From the NCBI GenBank assembly GCA_963717935.1, contig CAVQXP010000004.1, forward strand, positions 224,001 to 288,000: a DNA stretch of 64,000 nucleotides, in the 5' to 3' direction. The notes beneath the pieces were generated by a model that saw only the letters and a program-made list of their open reading frames with translations, had not been told where the DNA came from and ran no database searches. Made by a program: the position numbers and the translations under genes. Shown here one piece after another: positions 12,046-21,124 of the stretch. The DNA is from Candidatus Eiseniibacteriota bacterium (GTDB lineage Bacteria; Eisenbacteria; RBG-16-71-46). The first letter of the stretch is position 1. Every line of letters begins with the position of its first letter.

Positions 12046-13167
12046 CTAGAGCTTCGCGGCGATGGCCTCGGCCATCTCCAGCGTCTTCGCCGCACCGCCC
12101 ATGTCGTAGGTGCGCACCTTGCCCTCGCGCACGACCTCGGCGACCGCCTTCTCGACGCGCGCTCCCGCGTCGGTCTGGCCCAGCCAGTCGAGCATCATCT
12201 TGGCCGCGAGGATCGTGGCGATCGGGTTCACCTTGTACTGCCCCGCGTACTTGGGCGCCGAGCCGTGCGTGGGCTCGAACACCGCGAGCTTCTCGCCGAT
12301 GTTGCCCGAGCAGCCGAACCCCAGCCCGCCCACCATCTGCGCGCACAGGTCCGAGATGATGTCGCCGTAGAGGTTCGGCGCCACCAGCACGTCGTAGTTG
12401 AACGGGTTCTTGAGCAGCCACATCGTCATGGCGTCGATGTTGGCGTCGTCCATGGCGATCCCCGGGTAGTCCTTCGCCACCTGCTTCGCCATCTCGAGGA
12501 ACAGCCCGTCGGTGGCGCGCACCACGTTCGCCTTGTGCACCACCGTGACCTTCTTGCGCCCGAACTTCTTCGCGAACTCGAACGCCGCGCGGACGATGCG
12601 CTCCGAGCCCTTCTTCGTGTTGATCTTGCAGGAGATCGCGTACTGGTCGCCCGGCAGGTCCTTGAACGCCTTGAAGGGCGGCGACAGCTCGGTGAGCGTG
12701 TCGCGCAGCTTGTCCGGCACCGTGTTGAACTCGACGCCCGAGTAGAGGTCCTCGGTGTTCTCGCGGAACACGACGAGGTCGATCCCCTCCTTGAAATTGA
12801 GCGGGTTCTGCGCGTAGGCCTTGCACGGCCGCAGGCAGACGTAAAGATCGAAGAGCTGCCGCATGCGCACGATGGGCGAGCGGTAGACCAGGCCCTTGCC
12901 CTGCAGCGCCGGCACCAGCTCCTTCTCCGCCGCCTTCACGGGCTTCGAGGTGATGGCGCCGAACATCGCGGCGTCGACGCTCTTCAGCAGGTCGACCGTG
13001 CGCGCCGGGAAGGCGTCGCCCTCCCTGCACCAGAACTCCCAGCCGATGTCGCCGTGGATGTATTCGGCGTCGAGGCCGACCCTGTCGAGCACGAGCTTCG
13101 CCGCTTCCATCACTTCGATGCCGACGCCGTCACCGGGCAACCATGCGATCTTGAACTTCTTCGCCAC
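12046..13167 (-). CDS. Isocitrate/isopropylmalate/homoisocitrate dehydrogenase family protein
   Basis: PGDGVGIEV, YRSPIVRMRQ, RENTEDLY, VHKANV, NLYGDIISD, EPTHGSAP, NPIATIL; GTG start after AGGAGG. Confidence 0.92.
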   Translation of the reverse strand: MAKKFKIAWLPGDGVGIEVMEAAKLVLDRVGLDAEYIHGDIGWEFWCREGDAFPARTVDLLKSVDAAMFGAITSKPVKAAEKELVPALQGKGLVYRSPIVRMRQLFDLYVCLRPCKAYAQNPLNFKEGIDLVVFRENTEDLYSGVEFNTVPDKLRDTLTELSPPFKAFKDLPGDQYAISCKINTKKGSERIVRAAFEFAKKFGRKKVTVVHKANVVRATDGLFLEMAKQVAKDYPGIAMDDANIDAMTMWLLKNPFNYDVLVAPNLYGDIISDLCAQMVGGLGFGCSGNIGEKLAVFEPTHGSAPKYAGQYKVNPIATILAAKMMLDWLGQTDAGARVEKAVAEVVREGKVRTYDMGGAAKTLEMAEAIAAKL

Positions 13168-13271
13168 GGAGCAACCTCCTCGTTGGGCTCTGCGCTGCGG
13201 GTCCGGACACATCCACGGGTGCTGCCAGGCGAGCGGAGCCGTCGCGACCCGCTCGAACTTGAGTGCGGGGG

Positions 13272-13301
13272 ACTCTAAGGCCTCGGACGACCGATGGACA
13301 A
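13272..13301 (-). promoter_or_regulatory. Possible sigma70 promoter for the dehydrogenase-lyase operon
   Basis: Minus strand TTGTCC-18 nt-TAGAGT. Confidence 0.35.
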
Positions 13302-13485
13302 TGCGAGGAGGGGGCCGCGGGCGCCGAAATTCATTCGGCCGGAGCGAACGCGCCGGCACGGCGCTCGAGGCGGGAGCCGCAAGGGAGGCAAGGGGCTACA
13401 GGAGCGGAAGGCCGCGTGGAGATGCCACGGGGGCCGCCCGGTCAGGCGGACAGGACGGCCCCTGCTGTCGGTCACGGGGAGTGCG

Positions 13486-13740
13486 TCACTCCTCGACCCG
13501 TTCGACGACGACCGTCAGCTTGCTGACCACGGCGGCGATCGCGCCCACCGCGATCAACGCCGGCGCGAGAACCGCACCCACCACACCGACACTGAGCGGA
13601 ATCTCGATGAGCACCCTGCCCTCGGCATTCTTGAGGGTGATCCGTCGGATGTTGCCCTCGTGAACCAGGGCCTTGACCTTGGCCAGAAGCTCCTCGCCGC
13701 TGACGTGGAACTCCTCCGTGCGAGCCGTCTTGTCCGCCAT
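13486..13740 (-). CDS. DUF4342 domain small protein
   Basis: EEFHVSGEELLAKVKALVHEGNIRRI, LIEIPLSVGVVG pattern. Confidence 0.85.
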   Translation of the reverse strand: MADKTARTEEFHVSGEELLAKVKALVHEGNIRRITLKNAEGRVLIEIPLSVGVVGAVLAPALIAVGAIAAVVSKLTVVVERVEE

Positions 13741-13821
13741 TCTTGAGATCCTCCGCCTGTGTTCGCCGCGACGCGCGAGGCCGGCCGCCGACCGTGGATG
13801 CCCCCTGCTTGTCCCCTTCCC

Positions 13822-14190
13822 TTACGCCTTCACGTTGAAGAACAGCTCTCGCGACCGGTGCCGTCCATCGATGCTTGCCCGGCCCGTGGCGACCAGGACA
13901 TAGAGCATGTTCAGCGCGGCCAGGTGCGAGGGCACCTGGCGCCGGCTCTTGGAACGTGTGAAGACGACCTTTGCCGTGAGTCCCTGCTGACCTCGAAGCC
14001 GGCGGTAGAGCTTGTCCACGGCGGCCCTGCCGACGAGGTTGAAGTTGCCCGCGCTCCGCTTGCTGATGGAGACCGACATGACGAAGTACTGCCGCGCGCT
14101 GGACAGGACATAGTAATGCTGGCGCTTGCCTTCCACTTCTCCGTGGAATTCCAACCCCGTGGTCAGGCTCTTGACGCTTAGCCTCATCAC
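13822..14190 (-). CDS. Hypothetical protein
   Basis: 122-aa ORF with protein-like composition and an RBS (GGAGGG); no family recognised. Confidence 0.65.
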   Translation of the reverse strand: MMRLSVKSLTTGLEFHGEVEGKRQHYYVLSSARQYFVMSVSISKRSAGNFNLVGRAAVDKLYRRLRGQQGLTAKVVFTRSKSRRQVPSHLAALNMLYVLVATGRASIDGRHRSRELFFNVKA

Positions 14191-14378
14191 TCGCCCTCCG
14201 CTCGATCACCGACTCCAGTCCACAGGACGCGAAGGCGATCCGGGGGGCGGAGCCGGTTGCCCGTCCTCATCCCCGGCCCCACCCGTGGAAGCCCGCCGCA
14301 CTCGGAGAATCCTACTTCGTCCGACGCGGGGCTTGCACGCAAAGACCGCGGCACGGCCCCTGTCAGCCTCCTGCGGCG

Positions 14379-14720
14379 CTAGCGGTAGCCCCGCTCCCCC
14401 GGCCGGCCGAGCTTCTCGAGCCACAACTGCTCGAGCATCCGCAGGTCCGCGGCCGGGTCGTGGCCCGGCTCCTCCGGCGGCTTGAGCGTGTCCAGCGTCT
14501 CGAACTCGAAGGCCTCCGGGCCGGACTCGTTCCAGTCCTGCTGGAGCGCCCGGTCCGGATGCCCGCCGGCCCCGAGCTGGAAGCGCTGCCGGTTGAGCAT
14601 CCCCGGCACGTCCACGCTCGAACCGATCAGCGACTTCCCGTTCACCGTGTTCCGCACCCGGAACACGCCCATCTGCCGCGGGGATTCCTTGTAGGCGCGG
14701 ATCTGCGCTTTGCGGTCCAT
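14379..14720 (-). CDS. Small GIY-YIG nuclease family protein
   Basis: MDRKAQIRAYKE, MGVFRVRN, SLIGSS, LQQDWNESG, FEFETL; AGGAG RBS. Confidence 0.8.
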   Translation of the reverse strand: MDRKAQIRAYKESPRQMGVFRVRNTVNGKSLIGSSVDVPGMLNRQRFQLGAGGHPDRALQQDWNESGPEAFEFETLDTLKPPEEPGHDPAADLRMLEQLWLEKLGRPGERGYR

Positions 14721-14769
14721 GGCGGGCGCTCCTATGGGACTCCGACGCTCGAGCGAGGGGTCAGGCCCC

Positions 14770-14838
14770 GCCGAACGTCTGAAGTGAACGGACAACTGGC
14801 GGCAAGCCGGCTGCGGCCGCTCGGTGAGAGGCTCAGCC
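14770..14838 (-). repeat. Degenerate attC-like imperfect palindrome
   Basis: Minus strand GGCTGAGC..CCGAGCGG...CCGTTCACTTCAGACGTTCGGC has an R''-L''-L'-R' layout ending in GTTCGGC about 50 bp before the next gene. Confidence 0.4.
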
Positions 14839-14961
14839 TAGGGCTACACCCAGGAGGCCCTCGTGGACCGCGCGGTCGGCGGTCGAGTAGCGGCAGAAGA
14901 CTACCACCTCAACGACGGGGAACTCCCACACCGACGAGCGGCCCTGAGAATGGGGCGGCGG

Positions 14962-15666
14962 TCAGTCCTTCACGCAGCGGACGCAGAAGCCGCTGGCCTT
15001 GTGGCCCGCGTTCCTGCTGACTCCAGCGTTGCCGTGGTCGAGGCCGACGTGCCAGGCGTAGGCAGTGTCCTCTTCCGTCGCGGACCACCACGTGCCGTGG
15101 CTGCCCCGGTCACCGAACCACCCCGCCCGGGCACGGCCACCACCGGGAAGGCCACCGAAGCCGCTGCGATTCGTCGCGCCCCGGTTGGGACGACTCCAGT
15201 GGCTCGCGAGCGTGTCCTTCAGCTTGCCGCCGGCCACCCGCGGGCCGCCCATGCGCTTCACCAACGCCGCCCATTCCGCATCGGAAGGGACGTGCCAGCC
15301 TGCCGGGCACAGGCCGCGCGCGTCGGTGACCGCGTGGAAGTTGTACAGGGCGCCATACATGGCCCGGTATCCCGCACGGTCGTTCTCGTACCAGCAGTAC
15401 GCACCGGTCGTCGCATCGCGCCACTTCGCGTCGTCGGTCGTCAGCGACAACGGGCTGCCATCGCGGTAGCGGGTGACTCTCAGGTCCTGGGCCATCCAGA
15501 CCTGGGCCCCGATCCTGACCGCGCGATAGAGATTTCCGTCGCGGTCCCTCACGGGCTCCTGCGCCGGTGCGGCGCAGGCTGGCAGGCGAGCGTCCACGCC
15601 GGGCAGGCAGCAGAGCGCAAGGCAAACGATGCTCGCTCCCGCGATGCGAGAACGCTTCCAGGTCAT
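14962..15666 (-). CDS. FISUMP (Fibrobacter succinogenes major paralogous) domain secreted protein
   Basis: DRDGNLYRAVRIGAQVWMAQDL, YGALYN, GLCPAGWHVPSDAEW, GFCVRCVKD; signal peptide. Confidence 0.9.
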   Translation of the reverse strand: MTWKRSRIAGASIVCLALCCLPGVDARLPACAAPAQEPVRDRDGNLYRAVRIGAQVWMAQDLRVTRYRDGSPLSLTTDDAKWRDATTGAYCWYENDRAGYRAMYGALYNFHAVTDARGLCPAGWHVPSDAEWAALVKRMGGPRVAGGKLKDTLASHWSRPNRGATNRSGFGGLPGGGRARAGWFGDRGSHGTWWSATEEDTAYAWHVGLDHGNAGVSRNAGHKASGFCVRCVKD

Positions 15667-15715
15667 GGCACCTCGTCCTCTCCGCCGCAGCGCGGTCGTC
15701 CGCCACCAGCGCGGG

Positions 15716-16366
15716 TCAGGTCGCGTAGCGTAGCACGGCGATGAAGTGACACGCCGTGCCCGCGAGCACGAACAGGTGCCAGACGAAGTGGGCGTACCGC
15801 ATCCGGCGGGCCGCATAGAAGCCCACCCCCGCCGTGTACGCGACCCCGCCGGCCGCGAGCCAGAAGAGACCCCACGCCGGCATCGCGTGCCACAACGGCC
15901 GCGCCGCGGCCAGGATCAGCCACGCCATGCCCAGGTACAACCCGGTCGACAGCCGCGGATGCCGCAGGCCACCGACCGACTTGACGACGATCCCGGCCAC
16001 GGCGAGGGCCCAGATGACCCCGAAGAGCGTCCACCCCCACGGGCCACGGAGCACGCCCAGCGTGAACGGCGTGTAGGTGCCCGCGATGAGCAGGTAGATC
16101 GCGCCGTGGTCGAGGATGTGCAACACGCGCTTGGCGCGGTTCGGGGCCAGCGCGTGGTAGAGCGTCGAGGCCAGGTAGAGGAGCGCCATGGTCGCGCCGA
16201 AGACCGCCGCGCCCACGGTGGCGGCCGCGCCGTGCCGGATCGCGCCGAGCACGAGCACCGGCAGGGCGATCAGCGCCGCGAGGAATCCCGTGCCGTGGCT
16301 GATGCTGTTCGCGATCTCCTCCCCGGGGGACTGCGCCCGAGGCCGGACGGCCGGCGCTTCGACCAT
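15716..16366 (-). CDS. Hemolysin III / PAQR family membrane protein
   Basis: EEIANSISHG, STLYHA, LDHGAIYLLIAGTYTPF, HFVWHLFV. Confidence 0.92.
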   Translation of the reverse strand: MVEAPAVRPRAQSPGEEIANSISHGTGFLAALIALPVLVLGAIRHGAAATVGAAVFGATMALLYLASTLYHALAPNRAKRVLHILDHGAIYLLIAGTYTPFTLGVLRGPWGWTLFGVIWALAVAGIVVKSVGGLRHPRLSTGLYLGMAWLILAAARPLWHAMPAWGLFWLAAGGVAYTAGVGFYAARRMRYAHFVWHLFVLAGTACHFIAVLRYAT

Positions 16367-16492
16367 GGAGTCTCCTTCGTGCGCGGCCAGCGGACTTGCG
16401 CTCGGCTGCGGGACCCCGCCGTGCCTGCCTGACCGCGATGAAGCCATCTCCCGGGCGCCCGCTCCACCTCGGCGCTCCGGGAGACCGGTCGC

Positions 16493-17755
16493 TCAGTGCC
16501 CGAAGCCGAAGCCCACTTCCACGTCCCACTGGTCCATGCGCAGCGCGATCTCCTGCTGGCCGGGCGCTTCGAGGACGTTCGCGCCCTTGACCTCGTTCGA
16601 GAATGCGCGCGTCAGGGCGAAGTGGATGTCGCGGCCGCCTGCGAGCGTCTTGCTGAAGCCGACGGTGGCGTGCTGCTGGATTACGCCGGGCGCCAGGATG
16701 TTGAACAGCATCTCCTTCTCCGGGATCGGCTGCTGGCCGTACGAGTAACCGGCGCGCCAGGTCCAGCCATTCGCGGCGTGCAGCTGGACGCCGCCCTTCA
16801 CGATGGTCATGTCCTGCCAGCCGAAGCCCGCGCCGCCGTCGTTGCCGAGCGTTGCCGGCGCGAGGTTCGGCAGGATCGGATTCGCCACCGACTTGACCTC
16901 GGAGTAGCGGACCTGCTGCACGTCCACGACGAAGTCCACCTTCGGGTTCGGGGTCACGACCACGCCGGCCACCCAGTTCGACGGGATGTCGAAGTCACCC
17001 TGCTCGGCGTACAGGCCCTGGTAGCTGTCGAACGGGCTCATCCACGTGCGGCTCTGGTAGGACGCGCCGAAGGCCAGCTGTGGCGTCCAGCGCCCGAGGT
17101 ACCCGACGCGCACGCCGCCGCCCAGGGAACTGGCGTAGCCGTTGTCCGTGAGGTCGTTCGCCGCGCTCGAGAACGACGCGAAGGCCGCGAGGCCGGTCGC
17201 CTTGAAGCGCTGGACCGCCAGGACCGGCGTGAGGCCGAGCGCGTTCTTCTCGTCCAGCTTCCGCGCGTAGGTCACGGCGACGAAGAGCTGCATGAGGTCC
17301 ACGCCGGTGGGCTCGAAGCCGAAGGTGGGCTCCGCGTAGTTCGTGTTCATGCCACCGTTGCCGTAGAGGCTCACGCCCACGCTCTGGTCCCCGTCCAGCG
17401 GATGGTTGTAGCCCAGCGACGGCACGGGGAAGTAGCGGCTGTCGCTCTCCACCTTGCCGGGGGCGAGGCCGAAGGTGCCGGGATAGCCCGAAGGGGCGCC
17501 GGTCACCGTGTAGTCGCGGTTGGGGTTGAACAGCGCGAGCGCCACGTCGAAGCGCTCGCCGACGAACGCCATGGCCGCGGGGTTGGTCGCCGCCGCGAGC
17601 GAGCCCAGGGGCAGCGCCACGCCGGCGCCCGCGAGGGCCTTGTAGTCGGTGCCGTAGCCGTGTTCGAAATAGCCGTTGGTCGCCCGCACGACCGACGGAG
17701 TGAGGATCACCGCCAGCGCCAGGAACAGGGGAAGCGTCCGCGTCAACCGTCTCAT
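16493..17755 (-). CDS. OmpP1/FadL/TodX family outer-membrane transporter
   Basis: Signal peptide, ATNGYFEHGYG, NPAAM, YGNGGMNTNY, GFGWQD, NILAPG. Confidence 0.88.
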   Translation of the reverse strand: MRRLTRTLPLFLALAVILTPSVVRATNGYFEHGYGTDYKALAGAGVALPLGSLAAATNPAAMAFVGERFDVALALFNPNRDYTVTGAPSGYPGTFGLAPGKVESDSRYFPVPSLGYNHPLDGDQSVGVSLYGNGGMNTNYAEPTFGFEPTGVDLMQLFVAVTYARKLDEKNALGLTPVLAVQRFKATGLAAFASFSSAANDLTDNGYASSLGGGVRVGYLGRWTPQLAFGASYQSRTWMSPFDSYQGLYAEQGDFDIPSNWVAGVVVTPNPKVDFVVDVQQVRYSEVKSVANPILPNLAPATLGNDGGAGFGWQDMTIVKGGVQLHAANGWTWRAGYSYGQQPIPEKEMLFNILAPGVIQQHATVGFSKTLAGGRDIHFALTRAFSNEVKGANVLEAPGQQEIALRMDQWDVEVGFGFGH

Positions 17756-17855
17756 CTGGGTTCCTTTCGTTCGATGATTCCCGGCGCAGACTGCGGCGCT
17801 GCGCCCGGCGCATGCCTCCGCTGCATGCCTGAGCGCTGCATCACCCGCGCGCCAA

Positions 17856-18521
17856 TCAATGCGGGAGGATCGCCACCACTCCATCCTCCAGATCATAACG
17901 TGCACCGACGACGGTCAAGTCGCCCTTCCTGACCGATTCCTTCAAGATCGGGGCGGAGGACTTCACCTGCTGAACGACCCTGGCGACATTGGCCCTGACG
18001 GCATTGTCCAGCAACTCGCCGGGCTCGTTCCTGGCCTTGTCGACGGCTGGTTGGATGGCCTTGATCAAGCTGCCGATGTGCCCGGGGGCCTTGCCGCCCT
18101 TCACCGCTGCCTCCACGGCGCCACATCGTTCGTGACCGAGGACCATGATGTACCTGACGCCCAGATGTTCCACGGCATATTCGATGCTGCCCAGAGCCGC
18201 ATCGTCCAGGATGTTCCCCGCCAGACGGATGACGAACAGATCGCCCAATCCCTGGTCGAAGAGGACCTCCGGAGGCACCCTGGAGTCGGCGCAACTCACG
18301 ATGACGGCAAAGGGATGTTGCCCCTTGGCGACTTCGGCGCGACGCTCGGCCGTCTGGTTCGGGTGCAAGGGTCCCGCATCGACGTACCGCTTGTTCCCAT
18401 CCATCAATGTCTGCTGCGCGACGTCGCCTGCGGCAGCCGAGCCCTCCGTGGCGACCAGCGCACGGCCACTGAACGAGACCAGCACGATCAGGCCGATCCC
18501 CACCGCGATCCCTCTCTTCAT
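17856..18521 (-). CDS. Beta-class carbonic anhydrase with N-terminal signal peptide
   Basis: GQHP, SCADSRVPPE, GDLFVIRLAGN, SIEYAV, GHERCGAV. Confidence 0.92.
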   Translation of the reverse strand: MKRGIAVGIGLIVLVSFSGRALVATEGSAAAGDVAQQTLMDGNKRYVDAGPLHPNQTAERRAEVAKGQHPFAVIVSCADSRVPPEVLFDQGLGDLFVIRLAGNILDDAALGSIEYAVEHLGVRYIMVLGHERCGAVEAAVKGGKAPGHIGSLIKAIQPAVDKARNEPGELLDNAVRANVARVVQQVKSSAPILKESVRKGDLTVVGARYDLEDGVVAILPH

Positions 18522-18610
18522 GATCTTCCTCCTTTATCTGTCTGCGGGCCCCGGCATGCCGGACGACTACGCCCGCTCCAGGTCCACGCAAGCACTCTTC
18601 GATCACTTCT

Positions 18611-19345
18611 TCAACGGGGCCGGCGCCCGGTCGACAGGCCACGGTTCTGCAACTCCTCGATACAGACCCCCGCGGGCTTCCTGGTCGGGAACGTCTTCAG
18701 CGTCCCCAGGATCCTGCGGACGAGCGCCGGGTCGATCTTCTCCTTCGCCGGCTGCACCCGCGGATCGACCCCGGCAGGATCGGCCACCAGGATCCGCTTC
18801 ATCCACGACGGTGAGATATCGACGAAATACGTCGGGCCCTTCTTGCCTTCCGGCGTCATGACGGGGCCCGCGTCGGCCGTGGTGGGTTCGGGTCCGGTGT
18901 CGTCCAGGTCGTCAGGGGACCCCGGATACGTCACTCGCGTACAGGTCAGTTCCAGTTCGTAGATCTTCGCTCCGTGAAGGGACGTGGATTCGCGGACCGT
19001 CACCGGATCCCCGCAGGACGAGGATTCCTCCGGACCGTCGGCCTCTGTCACGACCTGGGCGCGCCTGATCCCGATCTCCCTCGCCACCACGCCGGCCGGT
19101 TGCCGTGGACACTCGCCCGGGGGCCATACCTCGAAATCGATCAGTCTGCGCCCCGTGCCGGCGCGTTTCAGCTCTCCGCTCGCCCCGTCGACGTACGCCC
19201 GGTATTCCAGGTCGGCGGGATACGACAGCTCGTAGCCGAATCTCTCGTTGCGGTAGGTCTTCCAGCCCTCCGGGTTCTCCTCGGCGGCGCCCGCCACTCC
19301 GGCGAGCAGCAACAGGCACAGTCCGATCATCGAGAACCGCTTCAT
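18611..19345 (-). CDS. Hypothetical secreted protein
   Basis: Signal peptide MKRFSMIGLCLLLLAGVAGA, then WKTYRNERFGYELSYP (PsbP-like N-terminal pattern). Confidence 0.7.
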   Translation of the reverse strand: MKRFSMIGLCLLLLAGVAGAAEENPEGWKTYRNERFGYELSYPADLEYRAYVDGASGELKRAGTGRRLIDFEVWPPGECPRQPAGVVAREIGIRRAQVVTEADGPEESSSCGDPVTVRESTSLHGAKIYELELTCTRVTYPGSPDDLDDTGPEPTTADAGPVMTPEGKKGPTYFVDISPSWMKRILVADPAGVDPRVQPAKEKIDPALVRRILGTLKTFPTRKPAGVCIEELQNRGLSTGRRPR

Positions 19346-19565
19346 GGCGTCTTCCCCGGCAAGGCCGGCGCTCCGGCCGCCATGCCCGATGAATACGAGG
19401 GGTCCGGCCGTCGACAGAAGGTCCACGGCATCAGACGAGAGTCCCGGCTTTTCGGGTTCGGCCAGGGTCTGTCTCTTCTTCGTGACCAGCTTCCAGCCTC
19501 GACGAAAAGCGCTCGTCGATCTTGAATCCGCCGAACGACCACGCTCACTCGTCACGAAGCAGAGA

Positions 19566-20954
19566 CTACAAGCATCGCAGGAAGGCAACCAGGTCCTTCT
19601 TCTCCTCGGCGTTCAGGTGGAGTTGCTGGACGAGGTTGAAGTACTCCACCGCGTCCTCCAGGGTGAGGCAACGACCGTCGTGCAGGTAGGGCGGGGAGTC
19701 CTTGATGCCGCGGAGCGGGAAGGTCTTGATCGGGCCATCGTGGGCCATCATCATGCCGTTCACCAGTTCCTGCTTGTAGAAGCGCTCCGCCATGAGGTTG
19801 CTCATGCTGTTGTCGGTGTAGTACGGGCCCGGGTGGCACTTGGCGCACTTCGCCTTGCCGTTGAAGAGCGCTTCGCCCCTGCGCTCGGCGCGTGTCGCCT
19901 TGGCCGGATCGAGCTCGCAGTAGATGTCCAGCTTCGGGGCGGGCGGGAAGTCCAGGATTGCCAGGAACTCCGCCATGAAGTGGACCTGCGTCCCCCGCTC
20001 CAGGGTGTTGATGCCCTTCTTGGCGGCCATGCAGATGTCGCCATCGAAATACGCGGCCCGCTGCTCGAACTCCACGAAGTCCTCGACGGTCTTGAGCGCC
20101 CGCTGCGAGCCGAAGAGCCGCTGGATGTTCATGCCGCGCAGGGACGGCGTGTTGATGCGGTGGCGGAACTCCTGGGGCCGGATGTCACCCACCAGGTGGG
20201 TGGCGTCGTTGGTGTGCCCGTTCACATGGCAGTCGAAGCAGGTTACGCCGAGCATGCCGTCCGGCCGGTCGGTCCGCCGGTCCTCGGTGGCGTTGAACTG
20301 CTGCTGCGGGAACTGGGTGAGCAGGAGACGGAGCCCTTCGAGTTGCTTCGGGTTCAGGATGCCGTTGAAGATCTCGTAGTAGTTGTTGATCGTGATGAGC
20401 CGGCCCCTGGCCACGTCGCCCAGGTCGGGCCGAGTGGTGAGGTAGATGGCCGGCACCGGGTCGGGCAGGAACTGTTCGGGCAAATCGAAGTCCAGGTCGA
20501 AGCGGGCCAGCCTCGGCAGGGCCTTCAGCGTCATCTCGGGGAAGAGCATGCCCCCCTCGGCGTGATCGGGGAAGGGCAGAGGCTTGTAGGGAAAGAGCCC
20601 TTTTTCCTTGATCTGCCCCGGCGTCAACCGGTCGAGTTCCTCCCAGGTGACGCCCGAGAGCTTGGCCGTCGGCCCCACGGGGACGGACTTGCCGCCCGAC
20701 ATCCTCACGTCCGGATCGGTCTTGACGTCGAGGTTGTACCTCGCTCTGAGCAACTCCGCGTGGGCCGTTGCCAGCTCCGCCTTGACGGCCAGGCGTGCGG
20801 CCTTGATCTGCTCGAAGGTCATGGCCTGGTTCGTCGGGCCGTAGCTGGACGAGACCTTTCCCTGCTGCGCCTGAACGGTGGCGACAACCGCCATCGCGAG
20901 CACCAGCAGGAAGACGCCCATCAGAAGCATGCTGCGACGCGTTCGTGCCTTCAT
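19566..20954 (-). CDS. Periplasmic di-heme cytochrome c, cytochrome c peroxidase/MauG superfamily
   Basis: Signal peptide; CFDCH and CAKCH; NTPSLRG; LRGIKDSPPYLHDG; DLVAFLRCL. Confidence 0.85.
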   Translation of the reverse strand: MKARTRRSMLLMGVFLLVLAMAVVATVQAQQGKVSSSYGPTNQAMTFEQIKAARLAVKAELATAHAELLRARYNLDVKTDPDVRMSGGKSVPVGPTAKLSGVTWEELDRLTPGQIKEKGLFPYKPLPFPDHAEGGMLFPEMTLKALPRLARFDLDFDLPEQFLPDPVPAIYLTTRPDLGDVARGRLITINNYYEIFNGILNPKQLEGLRLLLTQFPQQQFNATEDRRTDRPDGMLGVTCFDCHVNGHTNDATHLVGDIRPQEFRHRINTPSLRGMNIQRLFGSQRALKTVEDFVEFEQRAAYFDGDICMAAKKGINTLERGTQVHFMAEFLAILDFPPAPKLDIYCELDPAKATRAERRGEALFNGKAKCAKCHPGPYYTDNSMSNLMAERFYKQELVNGMMMAHDGPIKTFPLRGIKDSPPYLHDGRCLTLEDAVEYFNLVQQLHLNAEEKKDLVAFLRCL

Positions 20955-21051
20955 CTCAAAGCCCTCCCTCGCTCCGGTTCCGTGCTCTGCACACGCCTGT
21001 GGCCGGTCTCCCGAGTCGTCCTCGTTCGCAGCACCGCCTCCTTTCAGCGTC

Positions 21052-21122
21052 GCCTGACGTTCGCGCTCACCTGCCGCCGTCGAGCGCAGCGGAATGACGG
21101 CCGGGTGAAGCGCGGAGCCGGG
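21052..21122 (-). repeat. Degenerate attC-like site immediately after the stop of the 21125-21865 gene
   Basis: Minus strand CGCGCT(T)CACC..CCGTC-loop-GACGG..GGTGAGCGCGAACGTCAGGC: a stem with one bulged base and a near-GTTAGGC core. Confidence 0.5.
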
Positions 21123-21124
21123 TC

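Noticed and set aside
8094..13167. Ordinary leucine biosynthesis operon (leuBCD)
   Set aside because: No leuA or ilv genes, the dehydrogenase looks more HICDH/ICDH-like, and a lyase and a CoA-transferase are embedded.
14379..14720. GIY-YIG gene as a homing endonuclease or mobile intron
   Set aside because: Short stand-alone type with no DNA-binding extension, no interrupted host gene and no intron structure seen.
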